DNA of 64,000 bases from an uncultured Clostridia bacterium. Lineage in GTDB: Bacteria; Bacillota; Clostridia; TANB77; CAG-508. A model generated the notes under the pieces. It saw only the letters and a list, made by a program, of their open reading frames with translations, was not told where the DNA came from and did not search any database. Below are positions 18,264-27,642 of this stretch, piece by piece. The translations under genes and the position numbers were made by a program. The stretch spans positions 4,991 to 68,990 of the forward strand of contig CATJWN010000049.1 of assembly GCA_949745595.1 (NCBI GenBank), read 5' to 3'. Within the stretch, counting starts at the first letter, position 1; each line of letters opens with the position of its first letter.

Positions 18264-20544
18264 CTTTCTTTTTATTATTTTTGCTACAATAACTGTAATA
18301 TCATCTCCAGCTACACCATAGTTATTGTCTATTGCTTCTGCTAAAATCATATCAGATATTTTTTGTACATTGTTTGTACTAACATTTTTTAAATATTCTT
18401 CTACCCAGTCTTTTTTCTGTTCTTCTTTAGAATCTAATAAACCATCACTACAGATAAGTATTATATCACCATCAGAAACCGGAATTACTTTTTCTTTCAA
18501 AGCAACCTCTAATCCTATACCAATAGGCATTTCTTCTGATTTTATAACAGATATATTCTTTTTATTTTTAATATATGTATTACAAGCACCATTTTTTACA
18601 AGGCTCATAGTACCTTCATATAAGTCTAACACACACATGTCTAAAGTAGCAAATTCGTCTGCTTCCGTTTTTAAACTTAAACTACTATTAACTAACTTTA
18701 TTGATTGTTCTTTTTCAAAACCGTTTTGTAATAGTTTTTTTAATTTATTAATAACTAACTTACTATTTTCTCTAGCTTTTGCACCTGTTCCCATTCCATC
18801 GCTAATTGCTAAAACATATTTACCATCGTTCAATCTAATTTGTAAATTGCAATCTCCGAGAAGCTTCACTATCGTCTTTTGATATCTTAGAACTTCCTAC
18901 TTGCATTATAAACTTGTCCTCTGTTGAATATATTTGTACATATTCTCCAGTCTCTAAGTTTCTTCTATCCTTTTGAAAAGTAATCTTACTACCAATAGTC
19001 TTTGAAATTAAATCTGCAATATTTACAATCTTACTCTTTTCTCTTAAAGAATTATCATTAAAATCTAACTCAAGTTCTACAATATATTTTCCATTTTTAA
19101 CTTGTCTTATATTCGCTTTCTCTATAGGATAGTTTTTTCCGCTTAAAATCTTCTCGAGTTCTTTTTCCTTTTTGACAATTTTATCATCTTTTTTCTGTTC
19201 AACTTTATCAATACAAGTGTCTACCGCTTTGGCTACTTCCCTTGCTACTTCTGCGATTTTTTTATTTGCTTTTTTATTTTCGTTAATTTTTATATTTTCA
19301 ATTTGAATAATTTTATAAGCACGATTTGCTATCTTAATTACTTCTCGAAGCTCATCTTTTATTTTTTGATCTTGTACTAAAATATAATTGTTGTTTCTTT
19401 TAAAGATTTCCACAAGATCATCTTCCAAAACAATATCATTTGCTTCTAATATATCAAAGATATCCTTTATAATATCATTTTCCGCAAGGATTAACTCGTC
19501 ATAAAAAATATTTTCCCTTATATCCTCAAGATTGTCATAAAATGCTTCTTCATACTTTTCATATTTTTGACTTTCTAATTTATCCACAGCTTCATACTTC
19601 ATAGTATCTTCTAAAGTTTCTTTAAGCTCTTGTAAATTATCTACTATTTCTCTATGTTCCGTAAGTCTTGTCTCACCTTTATTGTCTAACATTTTTGTAT
19701 TTCCAAAGACTTTTTTTAAATCAATTCTTTTAAAATTACTTAAAAAACCTATTACTACAGCTGGTACTATAAATATACTTATATTACTTATATCAAAAGC
19801 TTGTACCAATGCTAACATGATACCAGATAATACTGCTGTAGATACTCCTGCTAGCATTCCTTTTTGCCAGCCTAGTATTATTATCAAGAACATACCGACT
19901 ATACCTGATATAGTTAATTTATCTATAATGTGACTATTAAAGAAAGATAATGCAAGTACTATAATTGCTATTCCAGAAGCTGTTTCTTCTACAGTAAAAA
20001 CTTTCTTCTTATTAAAATCTTTTATAATGATAATACCATTTACAAAGATTTTGTAAAATACATAAAGTATACCACCTGTTATTCCTGAAATAAACAAATT
20101 GTAAATTAAAGTAGTATCACCCCAATTTCTTATCGTGTTACAAATTAAATATGCCCAAAATAATCTACTACCAGTTTTATAAATCTCATTTCTTTCTTCC
20201 ACGCAAATTTTAGCTCTAAACATTGCAAGCAAGCCAAAATATACTATTGATAGCCAAAAAACGCTTGTAAACTCTGCTCCGCCAGCAGCTACAAAAGTAC
20301 CTACTAAACTACAAATATATACTAAAAATATAGGTACTGTGCTTCCTAAACAAGCTGCAACCATTGCTATCCCTAGTGGAATATATGTATCTTTTACTGT
20401 TATCATTGATATCAGTAATGTCAAAATATATATAATTATATTTTGCACTTTAAATAGCTCTTTAAACACTTTTACCCATTTAGAATCAATTTTCATATTT
20501 TCTCTTTCATTTTGCATCGTTTCTTCAGCAATATTTTGAAACAT
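18261..20544 (-). CDS. spoIIE: stage II sporulation protein E (PP2C phosphatase), interrupted by one in-frame CGG (18856-18858). Intact 760 aa if read +1.
   Basis: Multi-TM N-terminal half plus a PP2C C-terminal domain (AISDGMGTGAKA, LICSDGLLD, GDDITVIVAKI). Track ORFs join at TCT-C-GGA to give ..SKDDSEAS|GDCNLQIRLNDGKYVLAISDGMG... Confidence 0.85.
18856..18858 (-). other. in-frame CGG / required +1 shift site in spoIIE
   Basis: Coding strand GCT TCT C GGA GAT TGC. The 0 frame stops 7 codons later; the +1 frame enters the PP2C domain. Confidence 0.8.
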
Positions 20545-20691
20545 CCTTAACCACCTCTTACTTTCTTAAAATAATATAATATTTTTAAAGGCAATTTTTT
20601 GTCACTTTTACTACATTATTTTAAAAAGTTTTCTACAATTTGTGATAATTTATAACACACACATTTTATTACACTTTTTCTAAAAAGACAA

Positions 20692-20729
20692 GAGTAAAAG
20701 AAAAACTTCTAGAAAATTTCTAGAAGTTT
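20692..20729 (-). terminator. rho-independent terminator after B2 (end of the A2-B2 operon)
   Basis: About 12-bp palindrome AAACTTCTAGAA...TTCTAGAAGTTT followed by TTTTTCTTTT on the minus strand. Confidence 0.75.
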
Positions 20730-20744
20730 CTCTTTTATTTTAGT

Positions 20745-23700
20745 TTATTTTAAAACTGTTTTTTTGATTACTATGATACCTATTACTAATATTCCTAATG
20801 CAACTACTACCACTATTAGCATTTGCATTGTAATTGCAGTATTTGTGTTTAAACCTGTTGGAGGTGTAAATGTAATTAACTCTGTTGCACTAGCATCTCT
20901 TTCTTCAAGTGATGCTGGGAATTCTCCAAGTTTTGGATCTGCGTTACCAGCAATAGTTTCAATATCCCTTCTACCAACTGTATTTTCAAACTTAACGATT
21001 TCGGCGATATTGTCATAAGCTAAATCGTCATCTGCGATTTGACTATCAATTGATCTTGTCATTGTCATAGCCATTGCAGTTTGACAGCCTGTATCTAGTT
21101 CTCCGTTTTGTGTAGATGCTGCAAAAGGTACTAATTTAATTATGAAGTCTGGGTTAGATAGCTCTGGACCTTCTACGTTATCAACACTTAAGATTAAGTT
21201 ATTTCTTTGGCTTGTAGTATAAGCAACACCATAGTCATCAATAATGTTCTTATTGCCTGCTTCGTCAACTTGAATTAACTCGCTTGCAATAACTCTCTTT
21301 TCATCTAATTCGTCTGCTGTTACTGTTCTCCAGCTTGAATTTTGTGCTTTATTATCTGAAGACTTAAATACTACGTCATTATCAACATAATCTATTAATT
21401 GTCTTACCATTGTTGTTGCAACTATATCGTTTTGTGTGTAAGCTTCGTCTTTACCTATATAATAGATACTTCCGATATGCTCACCGATATTTGGATGGTA
21501 AACATTCTTTAATTTTCCATCTTCTTTTGTATAAATTTGTCTATCAATTTCTTCTGCTTTTGCAAGTATTTCTTCCACAGTAGCATTCTCTAAGAAGCTT
21601 GATGCTCTATCTACTTCACCAACATTTAATGCTGTAAATCTATATACAACTTCTAAGTTTAGAGATTGAGCTATTGTATCATCATAGTAAATGTATCTAA
21701 AGTTTTGTAAGCCTTCTTCTTCGTTTTTATTTTGTGCAAGTAAGTTTTCTGTTCCAAAAGACTTATCCCTGTTTAGTGTAACATTTGCTGTGTACTTGCT
21801 TGTTCCAGTATCTCTATCTAAATCATAGTCATAATTAATATCATAAACTGCTTTTAAGATAGTAGAATCTGTATTTGTCTTAACTGTGATTGCTTCAATT
21901 TCTTTATCAAGTACAATTTCTGTGTTTGAACGTTCTTCAATACCACAGTCAATTGCGTCTACATTGTATGCATAATTGATTAAGCTTACAGTACCTTTGT
22001 TACCGTTAATATCTGTTTTACCGTAAACATAATTTGAATTTAAGCCTTCTTGAGTTTCCTCACCACCAGCTATAACTTCTGTTTGTTCACCAGTATTTGC
22101 ATTTGTTATAACGATTCTTTGTCCTGAAAGACTATGCATATTTTCAATGTTGAAGTTAATTTTTGCTGTGTCTGCAAACATACTTGTGTTTTTGTATAAC
22201 TCTGTATGATCTGCATTGTAGTCATTAGCTGTTGCTAATGCTGTTGTTATTGTATTATCTAATACTTTTGAATATGCGATAACTCTTAATCTTCTTGCCT
22301 CATTATCTATTGCATCTGAGTTATGGCTAACTACCTCACCTGCATCATTATAGTCACAAGTATCGAAGTCATACCATTCATCATTTATAAATCCGCCTTC
22401 GGCATATTCATGTTCAACATCTGCTTGATATTCTGTTGTCTTGAAGTCTTGACCATTATATACTGCTGGTTTTCTTGAATTGTCATCAGATGTTTGTGGT
22501 TCTGCCACACCATCTAATTTAACTAGGTTACCCTCATCATCTAAGCTATCTGATGGGAAATCACCATAAGTAAATCTTACTACATAATTTCCAGCTGGAA
22601 TATTCTTAAATTCGTATTCACCTAATTTTTCTGCTGTATTACCTGTTAAAGTAATACTATCAAATCCTGTTACGCTCTCTAATGAGCTTCCATTTAAGAA
22701 GTCAAAGCTTTGTGATGTTGGCCATACGAAATCGTATTCTCTGTATGTACCATCAGCTTGTTTTACTCTAACTTTTTCTACCATTTGAGTAGTTAAGTTA
22801 CCTATCTTTCTCTCGCCTTCGTCATACATACCATTACCAATCTTTTGATTGTAATCGATTTCTTCTGTTTCCTTATCTTCCCAAGCCATACCATTTAAGT
22901 TTCTTGTCTCTGTGTACAAGTCTAAAGTTATGATTGGTGCTGAATCAGCATCGTCTTCATACCATGATTTTTCATTCTTGCTTTCGATATCAACATTATT
23001 TGGTGCTGAATCTTTATCTACTCTACCAGCTATTTTCTTAGTCTCATGATCGTATGTTGAGTATGCTGCAATCTCTGCATCATTAGCTTTTGTTCCTAAT
23101 CTTACATAAGATTTTGTAGCATCTCCCGCTCCTTCTCCAAATGATGCTGGTGTTTCGTCTGTTCTTACTTTAAATGTTAAGTATAATTCAAGTTTTTCTC
23201 CTACTGCTAATGTTAAATCGCTTCCACTTAAATCAATTTCTGCTTTATAGTAATTCTTGCTTTCTTCGCGTCTTACATTATCAGATGGTGCCATTGCTTC
23301 ATTTTCTGAAGTTTCTATAGTAGTTGAACTATTTACTAATCCACTACTTACAGTAACTTTTCCTTCAAGTGATTTATTTAGTTGTTCTGCCCAAGCACTT
23401 CCATCTGTTTGACCTTTCTTAACTACATAAGCTGGTGTAGCAACTACTGTTTCTGCGTCTACACTCATACCATTTGCTTCTTGAATATATCTTGAAACTT
23501 TAGTATCAACTAATTCTAGGTCTTCATCAAAGTAGTCTGTCAATTTCTTAACTTCTGCTAAGTATGAATCTGAATTATTGTATACATTTATCTTATATGT
23601 TAAGAATACATCTAAGTCTAGTTCATCTGAAATATTGTCTTTTCCAATAGATCTGTAGAATTCTTCAAGAGCTCCATGTACTTCGTTTCCTTCATATACT

Positions 23701-26700
23701 TTTGCTCTATAGTAGTAATCACTTTCATATAAATCTAGTTTATATGAGATATTTGCATCTGCAATCTTTAATTGTAAATTCAAATAATCTTGATATTCTT
23801 CTGATTCGAAATCTACATATTCGTTATATTTGTAGTTCATTAATTTTTGATTTACTACAACATTTGCTGAGTAAACATCTTTTGTTACTGCAAGTTCAGC
23901 TTCATCTCTTTTTACTAAACCTAAGTTAATGTTTAGTAAGTATGGATATGTTGCTGAATAATGATATTTTATTACTAATCCACCTTCGATTTTGTTTATG
24001 TATTTATCTACATAATCAATATGGAATTTACTATCAAATGGGAAGGTTAATCCTCTTGTTGATGTTCTTGCTGGCATTTTAAATGGTTCTCTAATATATC
24101 CATTTTCTAATGTTTGAAGTTCAGATATTTTTCTTGTATTTCCATCTAATGATGGCATTGAATCTGTGCCATAGTAAATTAAATCTGTTCTCTCTCCATT
24201 AGAGCCTACTGCATAACCTTCTGTTACTCCATCATCATCTATAGGTGAATCACCTGTAAATGTTGCAAATTTGTTATTGAAAGCATCTCTTTCTGCTTCA
24301 TCGTCTACTGCCATTGAATCTTTATTAAATTTATTTCTCTCAGCATTTGATTTCTTTCCTCTAAATGCTTCTGCATTGCCACCACCAGTTACTAAGAACT
24401 CTGTTGGCTCATAAGTTTGACCATCATAATAGAATTCAACATCATAGTCTGCTCTTGTAATACCTTGTGCCTTTTCTTCATCTGTTATACCAGGCACTGA
24501 CATTCTTGGAGCTGACCAGATACCCTCTACTGATGTATATATTGGATAAGATATTTCTGTATCTGAACCTTCTTCATAACCTGTTGCTAAAACTCTATTT
24601 ACTTCTGTTTGGCCAGAATATAATACTTTCCAAATTAATACTTCTACATTTTGTAATCTTTCTTCTGATTCATCTAGTAAACCATTTGGTTTTGAATCTG
24701 GTGTGTTTTTGTCTTCTTCATTTAATGGTGCATCTACCCAAACTGTACCAGACATTGCCATTGTTAAGTCATACTCTGTAGTAATTTTATATTCGTTTAC
24801 ACAAAGTACTTGACAAGTCGCATCATCTTTAAGTGTTCCACTAGCATTTGTAATTCTAGCTTGTTTCCAGCCCTCTGGTAACTCACCCTCACTTACTGAA
24901 TATGTAGGAGCATTTCCTTTCCATGTAATTGATGGTGATGTCCATGTTTCATCTGGTTTTAATGTAGTTTGTATTATCTTGTTTCCATTTACAATGCTTT
25001 CTCCATCACATTCAAATGTTCCCGAAATTCTAACTGTAAATGGGAATTCTACATTATTATCTACACCTATTTTATCGTCTGTTTCAATTTCTTTCTTAAT
25101 AGAAATTTTACCTTCTTTTTCACCTTCTGCATCGTTTGTAATTACTGCTGAAATCTTTTGGTTTGCTGAAAGTTTTCCACTTGGATTATCTATTTTTATT
25201 AGTTTCCAGCCTTCTGGAAGGTTAATTTCTTCTATTTCATAAGTTGGAGGCTCTGTTCCTTTGTCCCAAACATATTTGTCTGTCCAAGTTTGACCTGCTT
25301 TTAACTCTTTTGTATAAGTCTTATCTCCAACTCTTAATTTAACTGTAAAGGTTTGGTCACTTGAAATATTTCCATCAAGAACCTTTCTAATAGAAATTTC
25401 TGCACTATCCCAAGCCTCATCATTATATGCATCAACTCTAGCTACATTTTTATCTGATAGTTTACCAGTTTTATTTGTAATCTTGTAAAGTTTTGCACCT
25501 TCTGGAATATTAACCTCTTCTACTCTATATGATGGAGCTCTTCCTGTATAAGAAATATCTCCTGAATCCCAAGTTTCACCTGGGTGAATTGTTATTATTC
25601 CATCTGAAGAAGTATTTGGACCTACATATAATTTGTTAGCAATATATAACTTAAATTGGAATTCCCAATTACTATGTTCTGGATCTGCGTGTTTTGTAAG
25701 TTGTACTCTTCCTCTATGTTCTATTTCTTGGTTAGTTGCTGTAAATTCAAAAGTATTATTATTCTCATTTTTTTGAACATCTAATAATTTGTAATTTTCA
25801 GCAGTTTCACCTTCGAAAGCTTCTCTAATTTCAACATTAGGTTTGCTTTCGCCTTCTTTTAATTTATATGTTTGACTTCTGAATTTTACGTTTGCTCTAA
25901 CTTGAACTCTATCGAAAAATTCTCCATTGGTATATACATCAAATACGAATTTATCTGATGTAGATACTTCATTTCCTGATGGATCTACTACTTTCTTATA
26001 AATTTCGTAATTCCATTCGTCATCACCTGTATCAATCTTTTCTGCTAAATCTAAGCTTGTATATTCATACCATCTAGCACCTATTACACCATATGCTAAT
26101 AACTGTGATGGTTTTTCTTCCATTGATGTTAAATCTACCCAATAATTCCATTTAATTGGATGTCTTGAATGATATCCATGTGAACAGCTTCCATCACAAG
26201 TACTATTTATTCCATGTGAAGAATGTCCACAAGTTCCTGGACAGTATTCAGCAACTTCTTCATCTGGTGTCCAAGTTTGTTTAAAATATGTACCTTCAAG
26301 TTTTTCATATCTACCACCTGCATTCATATATTTGAAATCAAAGTGTAGATTTTCAATTCTTGTTACTCCTGGAATGTAATCTAATTCAATATAGAATACT
26401 TCATTAGAGTGTGGGAATCTGTATTTATCTGTAACTTCCCTTTGGTCTTTTAAGAAGTTAAATTTCCATTTAGCACCTTCAACTTCTTGTATTTCATTTG
26501 CTATTCCTTCTTCATCTTCTTTGATAGCAAATGGAACTTCTCCTAAGTTTGTATATAATTGTGCATTTGTAATACCAGCAAATTGAACTGGCTCTCTATC
26601 ATTTTGAGGAATATCTGCTAAGTTTCCACTGTTTGTAACTTGATTTCCATTTTCGTCTACAACTACGTTACCAAATTCATCAACTTCTGAATATTCAAAT

Positions 26701-27641
26701 TCTCCATCAAAATCTGATACTTGGAAGCTTTCTTCAACATAATCTACTGAGAAAGGTCCTATTGTCCAAGTATTTGTATCTGTATCGAAAGTTGCTGTAA
26801 CTTTATCTTCTCCTGTTGCTTTTCCATTTTCGTCTTGTTCTATTTTACCATCTTGGTTTGCATCTTCATTAAATGATGGCTCATATTCAAGTTCTGGAGC
26901 AGGTACTGTTCCTGAATGAAATTCACCGTTTTTATCTGTAAATTCATAATCTGTATCTACGAAGTCTGCTTCATTTACACTTTTTGCAATTTGTTTAATG
27001 TAGGCATAGAAAGCTTCTGCTTCATAATATAATGCATTTAATGTGCTGTGGTTTGTACCTTTGTTGTCATCTGTTACCCACCAAGCATATTGAATAGTTG
27101 TATAATTATTTGCATAATATACTTTTTCTCTAACTTCTGGATCAACTTCTGCAATCATTTCTGCTAATATGTATGAGTTGTCAGGACTTGTAATTACTAT
27201 CTCTGTAGCTTCATACCAAGCCCAGCTTTCTGCTGAATATGACTCTGAAGTAAATGGTGATGGATTCTCTGTTGAATCTGATATAGTAAGTGCTGTACTT
27301 CCTTCATCAGCTTTTACTAATTCACCAATTTTTTTACCTTGGTCAGTAGTATCTGTTGAACCTACTTCTGTATTTAGTATTGCAGAATTTCTACCGCCTA
27401 AGTGTGAATCATTACCACCATGGTAACAACATAAAATATCATATCTTTCTTTTAAGTCTTCCCATGTTAAATATTTTCCTTCAAAATTTATAGTCTCTGA
27501 TGTTCCTTCTGTTCCTCTTGATTCCATTTCTGTTGTAACCACTGTTGCATATGCAAAGGCTGCGGTGCTTAATAATGTAACAATTATTATCATTAGTGAA
27601 ACTAAGAATTTTTTGTCAAGTTCTGAAAATAATTTCTTCAT
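20745..27641 (-). CDS. giant surface protein B2 (2298 aa): signal peptide, thioester-like N-terminal motifs, Cys/His cluster, SdrD-B/CnaB-like repeats, C-terminal TPPTG + TM + basic tail
   Basis: Uninterrupted 6.9-kb ORF. The ATG at 27641 lies 1 nt after the A2 stop. Motifs: GMAWEDKETEEIDYNQ.., GEYEFKNIPAGNYVVRFTYGD, ..TFTPPTGLNTNTAITMQMLIVVVVALGILVIGIIVIKKTVLK. Paralogous to B1. Confidence 0.8.
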   Translation of the reverse strand: MKKLFSELDKKFLVSLMIIIVTLLSTAAFAYATVVTTEMESRGTEGTSETINFEGKYLTWEDLKERYDILCCYHGGNDSHLGGRNSAILNTEVGSTDTTDQGKKIGELVKADEGSTALTISDSTENPSPFTSESYSAESWAWYEATEIVITSPDNSYILAEMIAEVDPEVREKVYYANNYTTIQYAWWVTDDNKGTNHSTLNALYYEAEAFYAYIKQIAKSVNEADFVDTDYEFTDKNGEFHSGTVPAPELEYEPSFNEDANQDGKIEQDENGKATGEDKVTATFDTDTNTWTIGPFSVDYVEESFQVSDFDGEFEYSEVDEFGNVVVDENGNQVTNSGNLADIPQNDREPVQFAGITNAQLYTNLGEVPFAIKEDEEGIANEIQEVEGAKWKFNFLKDQREVTDKYRFPHSNEVFYIELDYIPGVTRIENLHFDFKYMNAGGRYEKLEGTYFKQTWTPDEEVAEYCPGTCGHSSHGINSTCDGSCSHGYHSRHPIKWNYWVDLTSMEEKPSQLLAYGVIGARWYEYTSLDLAEKIDTGDDEWNYEIYKKVVDPSGNEVSTSDKFVFDVYTNGEFFDRVQVRANVKFRSQTYKLKEGESKPNVEIREAFEGETAENYKLLDVQKNENNNTFEFTATNQEIEHRGRVQLTKHADPEHSNWEFQFKLYIANKLYVGPNTSSDGIITIHPGETWDSGDISYTGRAPSYRVEEVNIPEGAKLYKITNKTGKLSDKNVARVDAYNDEAWDSAEISIRKVLDGNISSDQTFTVKLRVGDKTYTKELKAGQTWTDKYVWDKGTEPPTYEIEEINLPEGWKLIKIDNPSGKLSANQKISAVITNDAEGEKEGKISIKKEIETDDKIGVDNNVEFPFTVRISGTFECDGESIVNGNKIIQTTLKPDETWTSPSITWKGNAPTYSVSEGELPEGWKQARITNASGTLKDDATCQVLCVNEYKITTEYDLTMAMSGTVWVDAPLNEEDKNTPDSKPNGLLDESEERLQNVEVLIWKVLYSGQTEVNRVLATGYEEGSDTEISYPIYTSVEGIWSAPRMSVPGITDEEKAQGITRADYDVEFYYDGQTYEPTEFLVTGGGNAEAFRGKKSNAERNKFNKDSMAVDDEAERDAFNNKFATFTGDSPIDDDGVTEGYAVGSNGERTDLIYYGTDSMPSLDGNTRKISELQTLENGYIREPFKMPARTSTRGLTFPFDSKFHIDYVDKYINKIEGGLVIKYHYSATYPYLLNINLGLVKRDEAELAVTKDVYSANVVVNQKLMNYKYNEYVDFESEEYQDYLNLQLKIADANISYKLDLYESDYYYRAKVYEGNEVHGALEEFYRSIGKDNISDELDLDVFLTYKINVYNNSDSYLAEVKKLTDYFDEDLELVDTKVSRYIQEANGMSVDAETVVATPAYVVKKGQTDGSAWAEQLNKSLEGKVTVSSGLVNSSTTIETSENEAMAPSDNVRREESKNYYKAEIDLSGSDLTLAVGEKLELYLTFKVRTDETPASFGEGAGDATKSYVRLGTKANDAEIAAYSTYDHETKKIAGRVDKDSAPNNVDIESKNEKSWYEDDADSAPIITLDLYTETRNLNGMAWEDKETEEIDYNQKIGNGMYDEGERKIGNLTTQMVEKVRVKQADGTYREYDFVWPTSQSFDFLNGSSLESVTGFDSITLTGNTAEKLGEYEFKNIPAGNYVVRFTYGDFPSDSLDDEGNLVKLDGVAEPQTSDDNSRKPAVYNGQDFKTTEYQADVEHEYAEGGFINDEWYDFDTCDYNDAGEVVSHNSDAIDNEARRLRVIAYSKVLDNTITTALATANDYNADHTELYKNTSMFADTAKINFNIENMHSLSGQRIVITNANTGEQTEVIAGGEETQEGLNSNYVYGKTDINGNKGTVSLINYAYNVDAIDCGIEERSNTEIVLDKEIEAITVKTNTDSTILKAVYDINYDYDLDRDTGTSKYTANVTLNRDKSFGTENLLAQNKNEEEGLQNFRYIYYDDTIAQSLNLEVVYRFTALNVGEVDRASSFLENATVEEILAKAEEIDRQIYTKEDGKLKNVYHPNIGEHIGSIYYIGKDEAYTQNDIVATTMVRQLIDYVDNDVVFKSSDNKAQNSSWRTVTADELDEKRVIASELIQVDEAGNKNIIDDYGVAYTTSQRNNLILSVDNVEGPELSNPDFIIKLVPFAASTQNGELDTGCQTAMAMTMTRSIDSQIADDDLAYDNIAEIVKFENTVGRRDIETIAGNADPKLGEFPASLEERDASATELITFTPPTGLNTNTAITMQMLIVVVVALGILVIGIIVIKKTVLK

Positions 27642-27642
27642 A

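Noticed and set aside
20650-20695. Partial match (AAGTGTAATAAAA on the minus strand) to the conserved promoter spacer, upstream of spoIIE
   Set aside because: Only about 12 nt are similar. The TTTAATAT continuation and the TTCCGTAA box are absent. In an AT-rich intergenic region this is within chance.
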